DNA of 58,351 nucleotides from Oscillospiraceae bacterium (GCA_029012165.1 JAQXLO010000065.1:1-58351); one strand, 5' to 3'. Counted from the first letter of the stretch, positions 16,975 to 25,945 are shown. Made by a program: numbers and translations. Notes: generated from the sequence alone by a model not told the origin.

Positions 16975-17154
16975 TCACTTGAGCATATACTGCAAGCTGT
17001 CCAGCATATCCTCCATGGAGCGGATCGCCTTGGCCGCTTTCTTCTTCATGGGTGTTTTGCCGTGCATCATGCTCGTGCCGATGGCAGCCGCTGCGCCGCC
17101 GATGGCCATACCCAGACCGATGCTGGTCATGGCGCAGGTCGTTTTCTTCTGCAT
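16975..17154 (-). CDS. 59-aa glycine-zipper small protein (below the ORF-track length cutoff)
   Basis: My translation: MQKKTTCAMTSIGLGMAIGGAAAAAIGTSMMHGKTPMKKKAAKAIRSMEDMLDSLQYMLK. AGGAGG lies 8 nt upstream of ATG 17154. Its stop codon abuts the pth stop. Confidence 0.5.
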   Translation of the reverse strand: MQKKTTCAMTSIGLGMAIGGAAAAIGTSMMHGKTPMKKKAAKAIRSMEDMLDSLQYMLK

Positions 17155-17244
17155 ACCCGTGTGCCTCCTTTCCTTTCAAGTTATTTGTAGTATTTCCGTA
17201 AAAACGAGAAAAAGTCATTCTATTGCTGATCCGAGGAGTTTTTT

Positions 17245-17757
17245 ATGCATACGCTGAACATCGTTTTGGTGGAGCCGGAGATCCCGCAAAACACCGGCAA
17301 CATCGCCCGTACCTGCGCCGCCACCGGCGCAAGACTGCATCTGGTGGAGCCGCTGGGCTTTCGCATTGATGACGCCAAGCTCAAGCGGGCAGGGCTGGAT
17401 TACTGGCATTTTCTGGACATCACCTACTACAAGGGTCTGGACGATTTCTTTGCCAAAAACGACGGACCCTTCTTCTATTTTTCCACCAAGGCACAGCACA
17501 TCCACTCCGATATGCACTACCCCGACGGCGCCTATCTGGTGTTCGGCAAAGAGACGAAGGGTCTGCCGGAGGAACTGCTGTTTCGCAACCCCGACACCAC
17601 CGTCCGCCTGCCGATGATTGCCGAGGCACGCAGTCTGAACCTGTCCAACAGCGTGGCTGTGGGGGTGTATGAAGTTCTGCGGCAGTGGGGCTACCCGGAG
17701 CTGTCCTGCGCCGGCGCCCTGCGGGAATATTTTTGGAGCAATGCCAAATCGGAATAA
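17245..17757 (+). CDS. trmL: tRNA (cytidine/uridine-34 2'-O)-methyltransferase, SpoU/TrmL family
   Basis: LNIVLVEPEIPQNTGNIARTCAATGARLHLVEPLGF...LVFGKETKGLP...ARSLNLSNSVAVGVYE. Confidence 0.88.
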   Translation: MHTLNIVLVEPEIPQNTGNIARTCAATGARLHLVEPLGFRIDDAKLKRAGLDYWHFLDITYYKGLDDFFAKNDGPFFYFSTKAQHIHSDMHYPDGAYLVFGKETKGLPEELLFRNPDTTVRLPMIAEARSLNLSNSVAVGVYEVLRQWGYPELSCAGALREYFWSNAKSE

Positions 17758-17801
17758 TGCTTGGGGGCTGTCGCATTTCGCAATTTGTGCGGCAGTCCCC
17801 C

Positions 17802-17830
17802 TTGATTTTACCGCCCGATAATGCTATACT
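17802..17830 (+). promoter_or_regulatory. sigma-A-type promoter for metA
   Basis: TTGATT (17802-17807), a 17-nt spacer, then TATACT (17825-17830). It is preceded by a GGGGGCTG...CAGTCCCCC hairpin at 17763-17801 that probably terminates trmL. Confidence 0.55.
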
Positions 17831-17866
17831 CTTACATGGTTTTTTGCACAAAAAGGAGTGAGACAA

Positions 17867-18796
17867 ATGCCGATTAAGATCGCCGATCAACTGCCCGCAC
17901 AGCGGACGCTGGAGTCCGAGAACATTTTCGTCATGACTGAGGAGCGGGCATCCATGCAGGACATCCGACCGCTGCGCATTCTGCTGCTGAACCTGATGCC
18001 CACCAAGATCGAAACCGAGACGCAGTTTCTCCGCCTTTTGAGCAATACGCCTTTGCAGGTCGAGATCGAGCTTTTGCAGACCTCCACCCACAAATCCAAA
18101 AACACGTCCGAGGAACATATGATCAAGTTCTACAAGACCTTTGACGAGATTCGTGACCAGCGGTTCGACGGCATGATCATCACCGGCGCTCCCGTGGAGC
18201 AGATGGCGTTTGAGGACGTGGACTACTGGCCGGAGCTGTGCGAAATCATGGAGTGGAGCAAAAAGAACGTCTACTCCACCTTCCATGTCTGCTGGGGCGC
18301 ACAGGCAGGGCTGTACTACCACTACGGTGTCCCGAAGCACCCCCTCCCGGAAAAGATGTTCGGCGTCTTTCCTCACCGTCCCCTCGACCTTTTTCATCCG
18401 CTGATGCGGGGCATGGACGATATTTTCTATATCCCCCACTCCCGCCACACCGAGACGAGAGCCGGCGACATTGCTCTGGTCAAGGACTTGCAGATTCTGT
18501 CCTACTCCGACATCTCCGGCGTACACCTGATCTCCGACATGGAGTGCCGCAACTTCTACGCCACGGGACACTCCGAGTACGACAGGGACACCCTCGCCCG
18601 GGAGTATTTCCGTGACCGGGACAAGGGCTTGCCCATCCGTGTGCCCTACAACTACTTCACCGACGACGACCCCACAAAGCCCGTTTTGATGAAGTGGCAC
18701 GGCACCGGCTCCCTGCTGTTCTCCAACTGGCTGAACTACTTCGTGTATCAGCGCACCCCCTACGATTTATCGACCCTTACAAACAGCGAAAAATAA
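17867..18796 (+). CDS. metA: Homoserine O-acyltransferase (MetA family)
   Basis: [23 protein letters not shown]...[26 protein letters not shown]...[18 protein letters not shown] 17867 lies behind AAGGAG. Confidence 0.92.
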   Translation: MPIKIADQLPAQRTLESENIFVMTEERASMQDIRPLRILLLNLMPTKIETETQFLRLLSNTPLQVEIELLQTSTHKSKNTSEEHMIKFYKTFDEIRDQRFDGMIITGAPVEQMAFEDVDYWPELCEIMEWSKKNVYSTFHVCWGAQAGLYYHYGVPKHPLPEKMFGVFPHRPLDLFHPLMRGMDDIFYIPHSRHTETRAGDIALVKDLQILSYSDISGVHLISDMECRNFYATGHSEYDRDTLAREYFRDRDKGLPIRVPYNYFTDDDPTKPVLMKWHGTGSLLFSNWLNYFVYQRTPYDLSTLTNSEK

Positions 18797-18820
18797 TCCG
18801 AACATAGAAAGGTGTTGTTT

Positions 18821-21800
18821 ATGACAGACAAAGAGCTTCAGGCAATCTCCTCCATTGACGCAATGGAATACCACGTCAACGACTGGCGTGATGCAACCAA
18901 GGGCAAGCAGAGAGGCATCTTCTCCTTCGATGACCTTGCCGCCATTAAGATCAAGGAACTGAAAAAGCGCATCTACACCGACGTGGAATTCATGAAGCCG
19001 TGGAAAATGCGTGAGTGCATTTACAAGGACATCGGCGAGTACGAATATCTCTACGAGGGCTGGAAAGACCTCCACGTGGGCGACCGCTGGGGCCGCAACG
19101 GTGTGAGCGCATTTTTCAAGAACGATTTCGACCTGCCCGAGCGCTTCAAGGGGCACAAGGTTACGCTGAACGTCTACTTCGGCGGCGACTCCCTCGTCAC
19201 CCTCAACGGCGTACCCTATCAGGGTCTTGACCCCTTCCGCAACAGCATCCTGCTCAAGCAGTGTGCCGAGGGCGGCGAGCACTACGATGTGGACATCGAG
19301 TCCTACTTTGTCTGGCACTCGGACGAGCCGGAGACCAAGACCCTCGCCTGCTCCTTCATCGCCTGTGTCGATCCCGAGATCGAGGAGATCTTCTGGGACT
19401 TCAAGGCTGTGTACAACGCCCTGTTCATGCCCGTGCTGGACGAGTCCCTGTGCGAGCTGATCCGCTCGGCACTCAAGGAAGCATTCAATTATGTCAACTT
19501 CGACTTGGAGGGTGACGCATTCAAAGCGGGTCTGAAAAAAGCGCAGAAGATCCTGCACGATCAGGTCTATGACTGCGACAAATTCGCCTCCATCGGCAAG
19601 CTGGCGCTGGTCGGCAACTCCCACCTGGACATTGTGTTCATGTGGGCATACAAGGAGTACGTCCGCAAGGTCGGTCGTACCCATGCGACGATGCTCCGTC
19701 TGATGGAGCAGTACCCCGACTTCATCTTCTCCCAGAGCACGGCCGTCACCTACGAGGAGATGCGCAAAAATTACCCCGTCCTGTTTGAGCAGGTCAAACA
19801 GCGTATCCAAGAGGGTCGCTGGGAATACATCGGCGCCATGTGGGTCGAGCCGGACTGCAACCTCATCTCCGGCGAATCCTTTACCCGTCAGCTCCTGCAC
19901 GGCATCCGCTACGCTGAAAAGACCTTCGGCATCACACCCAAGACCTGCTGGCTTCCCGACGTGTTCGGCAACAGCTGGGCGATGCCGCAGATCATGAAAA
20001 AGGCAGGCGTGGAATACTTCGTCACCCACAAAATGTATATTTGGAACGACACCAACCCCTGGAAATACAACACCTTCTGGTGGGAGGGTCCCGACGGCTC
20101 CCGTGTGTTCTCCATCGTTCCCCCCACCCACTTCATCGGCACGGTCGAACCCGACTCGCTGAAAATGAACTGGAAGCGCTACTCCGACAAGACCACCATC
20201 GGCGAGTCCATGTACTGCTACGGCTGGGGTGACGGCGGCGGCGGTGTAGACGCTGAGATGCTGGAGTATGTCAAACGCTACAAGAAGTTCCCCGGTCTGC
20301 CGGAAACCGAAGTCAGCACCATTGAGGCTTCCCTCGGCCGCATGAAGTCCAAGGCCACCGAGGACAACATCCCCATTTGGAAGGATGAACTGTACCTCGA
20401 GGAGCACCGTGGCGTCCACACCACCAAGGCGATGCTCAAAAAGCTGAACCGCTACAGTGAAAACCTCTACCGTGAAGCGGAGCTGTACAGCTGTATCGCC
20501 TCGCTCTACGGCTATGAATATCCGCTGGAAAAGCTGAACGAGGGTTGGATTCAGATCCTGACCAACCAGTTCCACGACTCCCTGCCCGGCTCCCACATCA
20601 CGGAAGTGTTCCATCAGCTGTGCGATCTGTACAAAAAGATTACCGACATCGGCGAATCTGTCCGGGACGAGGCACTCGCCGTGATCGCTTCGCACATCGG
20701 CGGCGTGGCGGACGGCGGCAAGCCCTTCGCCGTGTTCAATTCCCTTGGTACTGCCGCAACGTCCAAAGTCGAGCTTCCCTACCGTGAAGTGGAGATCTTT
20801 GATGCTGACGGCAATCGTGTCCCCGTCCAAGGCTACACGAAGCTGAACGGCGAAAAGGTGCTTGTCTTTATCGCAAAAGACGTCCCCGCCGTGGGCTACA
20901 AGGTCTACTACACCAAGCCCGCCCCTGTCGCCGAGGCTGTGGAAATCGCCGGCGATACGGTGGAGAACGACAACTTCCGCCTTGTCTTTGACCAGAGCGC
21001 AGAGCTGACCTCCATCTACGACAAGGTCAACAGCCGTGAAGTCCTCGGCGGTAAGGGCAATGTGTTCCGCATCTACGAGGATATGCCCGGCAAGTATGAT
21101 GCGTGGGATATCGTCGCAACTTATGTTGACGTCCAGTTCGACACCGAACCCGGCAAGGTCGAAAAGATCGTCAAGGGCGATGTGTTCACCTGCGTGACCA
21201 TTTCCAAAAAGATTCTCAAATCCTTTGTCCGCCAAAACATCCTCGTCTATAACGACCTTGACCGCATCGACTTCGACAGCTACATCGACTGGCAGGAGCG
21301 CCGCAAGCTGCTCAAGGTCGGCTTCGACACCAACATCTTCGCCAGCAAATACACCCGTGACATTGCCTATGCCACCATCGAGAACAGCAACTACCGCCAG
21401 AATCCCTACGACAAGGCAAAGTTCGAGGTTTCTGCCCACAACTTCATTGATATGTCCGAGGACGGCTACGGCTTGAGCATCCTCAACGACTGCAAGTACG
21501 GCTTTGAGGTGGACAAACAGCGCATGATCGTCACTCTGCTGAAAGGTCCGCTGAACCCCGATCCCATGTCCGACTACGGCGACCACTACTTCACCTACTC
21601 CCTGTACCCCCACAAGGGCAACTGGAAGAAAGCCAAGACCCTCACCCGTGGTCTGGAGCTAAACAATCCGATGCACGCCGTGGAAGTCTCGGCAAACGGC
21701 AGTGACAAGTCCGGCTCCTTCATGTCCCTGAACGTGGAGAACGTGACGCTGGAAGCGGTGAAGAAGTGCGAGGATGAGAACGCCTACATCGTCCGCATGG

Positions 21801-21976
21801 TCGAAAAGACCGGCGCTTCCGCCGATGTCACCTGCACCCTGTTCAAGGACATCGACAAGGCGTTTGAATGCGACCTGCTCGAGCGCAATGACGTTCCCGT
21901 CACCGCCGAGGGCAACACCCTGTCCTTTACCATCAAGCCCTTTGAGATCAAGTGCTTCAAGGTATTTGTAAAATAA
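18821..21976 (+). CDS. GH38 alpha-mannosidase
   Basis: LVGNSHLDIVFMWAYKEY...MWVEPDCNLISGESFTRQLLHG...FWWEGPDGSRV...YCYGWGDGGGG...YLEEHRGVHTT, about 1050 aa, a typical cytoplasmic GH38. Confidence 0.9.
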   Translation: MTDKELQAISSIDAMEYHVNDWRDATKGKQRGIFSFDDLAAIKIKELKKRIYTDVEFMKPWKMRECIYKDIGEYEYLYEGWKDLHVGDRWGRNGVSAFFKNDFDLPERFKGHKVTLNVYFGGDSLVTLNGVPYQGLDPFRNSILLKQCAEGGEHYDVDIESYFVWHSDEPETKTLACSFIACVDPEIEEIFWDFKAVYNALFMPVLDESLCELIRSALKEAFNYVNFDLEGDAFKAGLKKAQKILHDQVYDCDKFASIGKLALVGNSHLDIVFMWAYKEYVRKVGRTHATMLRLMEQYPDFIFSQSTAVTYEEMRKNYPVLFEQVKQRIQEGRWEYIGAMWVEPDCNLISGESFTRQLLHGIRYAEKTFGITPKTCWLPDVFGNSWAMPQIMKKAGVEYFVTHKMYIWNDTNPWKYNTFWWEGPDGSRVFSIVPPTHFIGTVEPDSLKMNWKRYSDKTTIGESMYCYGWGDGGGGVDAEMLEYVKRYKKFPGLPETEVSTIEASLGRMKSKATEDNIPIWKDELYLEEHRGVHTTKAMLKKLNRYSENLYREAELYSCIASLYGYEYPLEKLNEGWIQILTNQFHDSLPGSHITEVFHQLCDLYKKITDIGESVRDEALAVIASHIGGVADGGKPFAVFNSLGTAATSKVELPYREVEIFDADGNRVPVQGYTKLNGEKVLVFIAKDVPAVGYKVYYTKPAPVAEAVEIAGDTVENDNFRLVFDQSAELTSIYDKVNSREVLGGKGNVFRIYEDMPGKYDAWDIVATYVDVQFDTEPGKVEKIVKGDVFTCVTISKKILKSFVRQNILVYNDLDRIDFDSYIDWQERRKLLKVGFDTNIFASKYTRDIAYATIENSNYRQNPYDKAKFEVSAHNFIDMSEDGYGLSILNDCKYGFEVDKQRMIVTLLKGPLNPDPMSDYGDHYFTYSLYPHKGNWKKAKTLTRGLELNNPMHAVEVSANGSDKSGSFMSLNVENVTLEAVKKCEDENAYIVRMVEKTGASADVTCTLFKDIDKAFECDLLERNDVPVTAEGNTLSFTIKPFEIKCFKVFVK

Positions 21977-21988
21977 TCGGTGTATAAC

Positions 21989-22027
21989 AAAGCCGCTGTC
22001 TTCCAAATCGGAGGACAGCGGCTTTTG
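21989..22027 (+). terminator. Rho-independent terminator after the mannosidase gene
   Basis: AAGCCGCTGTC-ttccaaatcggag-GACAGCGGCTTTTG. Confidence 0.75.
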
Positions 22028-22046
22028 CGTTTACAACGGATTTATT

Positions 22047-22276
22047 CGTTCTTCACGGAAAATTGTGGGATTTGTGTTTCGCACCGGGGAACCCCCGGCG
22101 AGGGTTCCCCACGCCAAAACAGTCCACCGGACTGTTTTGGCTCCCCTCCGGCGCTTTTGGTGGTGGTTGGATTTCGCCGACTGCGGTCGGCGACCAAAGG
22201 CGCCGCCTTTGGAATCCGCAAGCCTTCCCAAAGGCTTGACCGAAACTTTTAATCCCAAAAAAATCCGTGATGAACC
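22047..22276 (+). mobile_element. MITE-like structured repeat, copy 2 (cleanest copy)
   Basis: TIRs CGTTCTTCACGGAAAATTGTGGGATT and (reverse complement) GGTTCATCACGGATTTTTTTGGGATT. A perfect 8-bp direct repeat GATTTATT flanks it (22039-22046 and 22077-22084). The interior is a chain of six perfect hairpins. Confidence 0.85.
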
Positions 22277-22279
22277 GAT

Positions 22280-23389
22280 TTATTTCAGCCAGTCAAGACC
22301 ATCCCGAATCAGCGCCGGGATGTGCGTCAGGGCGACCCAGAGCGTGCGGAAAATGCGAAATGTACCCTCGGCAACATAGCGTATCGGGTTAAAAACCTCT
22401 TTTTTCAGCGTCTGCGGCGCCGATGCGGCCTCGGGGTCGATGGTGCAGTTCAACGTCACGCACACGGCGGCGTGGTCGGAAAGATGCCCGGGCCATGTGA
22501 TTTCTTCGCAGTCGAAGTCGTTGTACACCGCCTGCACCAGATCAAAGGAAACGCCGGCGCCGTCCCGATAGTACACATGGTCGAGGGTGTCCCACACCCG
22601 GGGATATTCGCAGCCGTAGCGGGCGTACATCTCCCCGTAGGTAAAGTCGTAGTTTCCGCCGTTATTATACTCGACCCATGCGTCCTTGAAGCCCTTGTTC
22701 ACAAAATTGTCCAAAAGCTTTTGGCAAAGATCCACCTTGAATTGTCCGTTCCTGTACCCCTCGCGGAAAACGGAATAATTGGTGTTGAAATCCCCCGTCA
22801 GGATCACGGCACGGTCAGCGGAATAGCCCTCGATCCATCGGCTGAGCTGGTCAAACTGATCCGCCTTCGCCTGCATGGAAGCGTCGTCCTCCCATGCGTC
22901 AGCGTGCAGAGTGTAGACGTCCACGAAAACGCCGTCTGCAATTTCCACCGTGCAGCAGAGAAATCCCTTGGGCGTCAGCTCGTCCGAGCCGCAGTCGAAA
23001 ACACCGTAGGCGCTCTCCCACCCTTCACGGGCAACATTGTAGATCGGGTATCGGGAGAAGATATTCAACCCGTCCCCCACCACGGCGGGGCCGGAAGTGT
23101 TTGTCGCATAGGGCATGGCAAGGTTTCGCCGAAGGGCGGTGTGGTAATTAAAATCCTCCTGCACGCATAAAATGTCGCAGTCCGCTGCGTTGACCTGCTC
23201 GGCGATCAGCTTCGTTGCCGTCCGGGCAGGACGTTTGGTGGAGGACAGCGCCGCCGGAATGGGCAGACCGTCCACGTTGAAGGAAATAACGTTCAGCGTT
23301 TTCTGCGTCGTCCCGTCTGTGGCGCAGACGCCCACCGCACAACCGACACACAGCCCAATCGCCAAAAGTACGCAAAGAATCTTTTTCAT
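22280..23389 (-). CDS. Secreted endonuclease/exonuclease/phosphatase (EEP) family protein with amphipathic C-terminal tail
   Basis: Signal peptide MKKILCVLLAIGLCVGCAVGVCATDG, then LNVISFNVDGLP...DILCVQEDFN...ILTGDFNT...LSDHAAVCVTL (EEP motifs). C-terminal tail: VFNPIRYVAEGTFRIFRTLWVALTHIPALIRDGLDWLK. Confidence 0.8.
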   Translation of the reverse strand: MKKILCVLLAIGLCVGCAVGVCATDGTTQKTLNVISFNVDGLPIPAALSSTKRPARTATKLIAEQVNAADCDILCVQEDFNYHTALRRNLAMPYATNTSGPAVVGDGLNIFSRYPIYNVAREGWESAYGVFDCGSDELTPKGFLCCTVEIADGVFVDVYTLHADAWEDDASMQAKADQFDQLSRWIEGYSADRAVILTGDFNTNYSVFREGYRNGQFKVDLCQKLLDNFVNKGFKDAWVEYNNGGNYDFTYGEMYARYGCEYPRVWDTLDHVYYRDGAGVSFDLVQAVYNDFDCEEITWPGHLSDHAAVCVTLNCTIDPEAASAPQTLKKEVFNPIRYVAEGTFRIFRTLWVALTHIPALIRDGLDWLK

Positions 23390-23445
23390 ACAACCACCTC
23401 TGTATTTTCAAAAGCAAAAGGTCACACCCAAACGGATGTGACCTT

Positions 23446-23520
23446 TGGAGCTGATGGTCGGAATCGAACCGACAACCTGCTCATTACGAGTGAGCCGCTC
23501 TGCCATTGAGCCACATCAGC
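23446..23520 (-). tRNA. tRNA-Thr (anticodon CGU)
   Basis: Reverse complement: GCTGATGTGGCTCAATGGCAGAGCGGCTCACTCGTAATGAGCAGGTTGTCGGTTCGATTCCGACCATCAGCTCCA. Acceptor stem 7 bp, D arm GCTC/GAGC, anticodon stem GCTCA/TGAGC with loop CTCGTAA, T arm GTCGG-TTCGATT-CCGAC, encoded CCA. A hairpin with a T-run lies at 23421-23444. Confidence 0.92.
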
Positions 23521-23602
23521 AAAAGAATGCTTTTGTATTATACTATAAGCCTTCTTTTTTTTCAAGTGTTTTTTGCAATTTTTATAAAATATTTTTTTGC
23601 GT

Positions 23603-24283
23603 TTACAGCTTTCCGTTCAGGATCAACAGGACGACGGCGCACACGGCGAGGATCGCCAGGGCGATGAGCATCATGCGCAGGGTCGTTCCCTTGCCGCTGG
23701 CGTTCCCCTCGGACGCCGGCATCAGCTTCGCACTGCGCAGCGCCTTGGTCAGGGGCTTGTAGAGGATCAGCGTGATCGCCGCATTGAGCGCACCTTTGAT
23801 CATGTTGAAGGGCAGGAACACGGGGACGAGCATATCCACCACCGCTTCGCGGGGCATCCCCATATAGATGGGCGTCAGGAACACGTTCCAAAGCAGCATC
23901 ATGCCCGTCATCAGCAGTACCCCGGACAGCAGTCCCGTGACCGCCATGGTGAGGGTGCGGCGCTTGTAATACAGCAGGGCGCCGGGCAGGATAAATGCGC
24001 CGGAGGCGACGATGTTCATCACGAGTCCGATCCAGCCGGTATCGCTATAGGTCAGCGTCTCCAGAACCGAGGTGACCACCGTGATCGCCAGCGCCGGCAA
24101 AGGTCCCAGAAGCAGGGCGCCGATGGCAAGGATCACGTCCTTCGGGTCATACTTCAGCCATGCGGCAGCCGGGAACAACGGCGGCAGAACGAAGTGCGCC
24201 AGCGTCGTCAAGGCGAAAGCGATGGCGCAGAACATGGCACATACCGTGAGCGTACGGGCACTGTTTTTTTGCGTTTTTGCCAT
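23603..24283 (-). CDS. ribU: ECF-transporter S component, riboflavin-type (RibU-like)
   Basis: ATG 24283 lies behind GGAGGT. The product is a polytopic membrane protein (MAKTQKNSARTLTVCAMFCAIAFALTT...). The substrate is assigned from the FMN riboswitch immediately upstream. Confidence 0.8.
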   Translation of the reverse strand: MAKTQKNSARTLTVCAMFCAIAFALTTLAHFVLPPLFPAAAWLKYDPKDVILAIGALLLGPLPALAITVVTSVLETLTYSDTGWIGLVMNIVASGAFILPGALLYYKRRTLTMAVTGLLSGVLLMTGMMLLWNVFLTPIYMGMPREAVVDMLVPVFLPFNMIKGALNAAITLILYKPLTKALRSAKLMPASEGNASGKGTTLRMMLIALAILAVCAVVLLILNGKL

Positions 24284-24302
24284 AAAGATTACCTCCTGAA
24301 AA

Positions 24303-24496
24303 TAAAAAATCCTGCAAGCGTCAGGTGGACGTTTGCAGGAAAACCAACAATGGACGGCACAGCCATGCGACCGCACCAAGGTGCATCCTCTCCCGTCCGG
24401 ACTTTTACCGTCGGTATCGGAATTGCACCGATTCAGCCTTGCGGCTCGCAGACTTTTACTGCCGGTGGGGACTTTCACCCCGCCCTGAAGATGGTT
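24303..24496 (-). promoter_or_regulatory. FMN riboswitch (RFN element) with terminator expression platform
   Basis: The reverse complement reads ...ATCTTCAGGGCGGGGTGAAAGTCCCCACCGGCAGTAAAAGTCTGCGAGCC...GAATCGGTGCAATTCCGATACCGACGGTAAAAGTCCGGACGGGAGAGGAT, which matches the conserved RFN cores. It is followed by CCTGCAAACG...CGCTTGCAGG and a T-run (24303-24339). Confidence 0.9.
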
Positions 24497-24554
24497 TCAT
24501 TATAGCACACCGTACCCGTTTGTCAAGCGGAAAGCGGTATTTTTTTCAAAATGT

Positions 24555-25817
24555 TCATGCGTGTGCCTGCATGGCGGCAAAAATGTTGTGCCCCGCCAAC
24601 AGGCGTTTCATGTTTTCCTCGATCTCCCGAGACGCCAGCATGGAGGAAAACATCATGCCGAACACATCGCCGAAGCAGTAGGCGGTCATTTTGATGTGGT
24701 TCTCCGGCGTGCGGCCGAGAACGGCACGGAACATCTTGACGTGCTTTTGCAGCTGCGCCGGCATACGAACAACGCCGAGATTGGACAGCACAGAGGTGAA
24801 CAAGCATTCGCCGTACAGCTTGGCGCCTGTGCGAAGAATCAAGCGTTTGACTCCTCGGGGCGCATAGGTAAACACAGGCATGCTCGCCTGCGCAACATTG
24901 GTGCAGATCATATCGTGAAGAAGCTCTTTGTTCGTGCCTTCCTGAAACTGTTTTTTTACATGATCCAAAATCTCCGGAAACGTCGGGCGCTCTTTCGCAC
25001 GGGGTACAGACACTAAAAAGTACAGGGAAAAGTTGCGCAGCGTTTCCGACCCGAACAGCTTGCGCAGATTGACGGGCACGGACAGGGTGATGGGCTTTTT
25101 CGTGGCGCTTCCCTCCTCGCTCTCCAAGAAGCTTTGCAGGAACACAGCCGTCAAAAACTCCGTCAGCGTTGCGCCGTAGGCTTTGGATGCCGCCTTGATG
25201 GCGCTCAGGGGCATGGTCAGCTCCGTCTGGTGCCACGGGGCAAAGGGACCGTTGGGATGGTAACGGAACGCCCGCTTGCCGGAACGGCTGACGCTCTTGT
25301 GTCCCTTTTCGTAATTGGTACGGAAGCTGTCCTCCGTTTCCGTTTCCTTCACGGGATCCAGCGGGGACAGAATACCGTCCGTGCAGGGGATGTCCTCCCC
25401 CATACTGCGGTAATACTCCGCAAGGATGGTCTTGAGCAGGGTGATCACACCGCTGCCGTCCGACACGGCATGGAACGCCTCCACGCCCACCCGGTTGCCT
25501 CGATAGAAAATGCGGATCAACGGCTCCCCGTCCTCCATGGCAAAGGGCAGATGCATGACGGCAGGCTGAGGCATGACCAGCTTGTCCGTCTCGTGCAGAT
25601 GGCGCAGCTTGTAGCCGAGGGCATCCTTGTGCAGACAGACAAACATCGTCGGCACACGCTCACACAGCTTGCGAACGACTGACCGCAGCCGCTCGGGATC
25701 CACGTCCCGGTCGAGGTCTGCCTCCATGTGAAAGGACTGGTTCAGATCTTTTCGGCCGATGTAGGGATAAATGGTCGCAGAACAATCGAGGGTATATAAT
25801 TCATCTTGCGTTTTCAT
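24555..25817 (-). CDS. Stand-alone HxxxD acyltransferase (condensation-domain / alcohol-acetyltransferase-like superfamily)
   Basis: 420 aa with a VEAFHAVSDGSG motif (HxxxDG) at about residue 130, in the position typical of NRPS-C/PapA/WS-DGAT-like acyltransferases. ATG 25817 lies 7 nt after GGAGG. Confidence 0.6.
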   Translation of the reverse strand: MKTQDELYTLDCSATIYPYIGRKDLNQSFHMEADLDRDVDPERLRSVVRKLCERVPTMFVCLHKDALGYKLRHLHETDKLVMPQPAVMHLPFAMEDGEPLIRIFYRGNRVGVEAFHAVSDGSGVITLLKTILAEYYRSMGEDIPCTDGILSPLDPVKETETEDSFRTNYEKGHKSVSRSGKRAFRYHPNGPFAPWHQTELTMPLSAIKAASKAYGATLTEFLTAVFLQSFLESEEGSATKKPITLSVPVNLRKLFGSETLRNFSLYFLVSVPRAKERPTFPEILDHVKKQFQEGTNKELLHDMICTNVAQASMPVFTYAPRGVKRLILRTGAKLYGECLFTSVLSNLGVVRMPAQLQKHVKMFRAVLGRTPENHIKMTAYCFGDVFGMMFSSMLASREIEENMKRLLAGHNIFAAMQAHA

Positions 25818-25945
25818 AGGCAAACCTCCAATCTTTTTTTCAGTATACCATTAAAAAATAGGAATTTCAATATAACTTTTACAAATTTTGTAAATAAAGA
25901 AAAGCCCGGCTGCAACGCCGGACTCTCCGCAGAAAAAGGGGACAG

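Noticed and set aside
16880-17218. 112-aa minus-strand ORF overlapping the pth 3' end
   Set aside because: It is Arg/His-rich, featureless and has no RBS. A different frame in the same interval gives a 59-aa ORF with an AGGAGG RBS, which I annotated instead.
17758-17866. Possible SAM riboswitch or T-box upstream of metA
   Set aside because: The interval is only about 110 nt and is fully explained by a trmL terminator hairpin plus a sigma-A-type promoter. No SAM-I or T-box conserved cores are visible.
18767-21613. 948-aa minus-strand ORF opposite the GH38 mannosidase
   Set aside because: Shadow ORF. The plus-strand product has diagnostic GH38 motifs, whereas this one is a repetitive V/G/D/L-rich string.
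22031-22258. Short ORFs encoding GAKTVRWTVLAWGTLAGGSPVR-like peptides (also 33374..33928, 4707..4907, 58141..58344 and the plus-strand partners)
   Set aside because: The recurring peptide is a by-product of translating the repeated MITE DNA. The ORFs differ in length and frame context at each copy, have no RBS, and are dominated by hairpin-forming sequence.
23390-23602. tRNA-Thr as an integration hotspot or genomic-island boundary
   Set aside because: I see no integrase, no direct repeat of the tRNA 3' end, and no compositional break on either side within the window.
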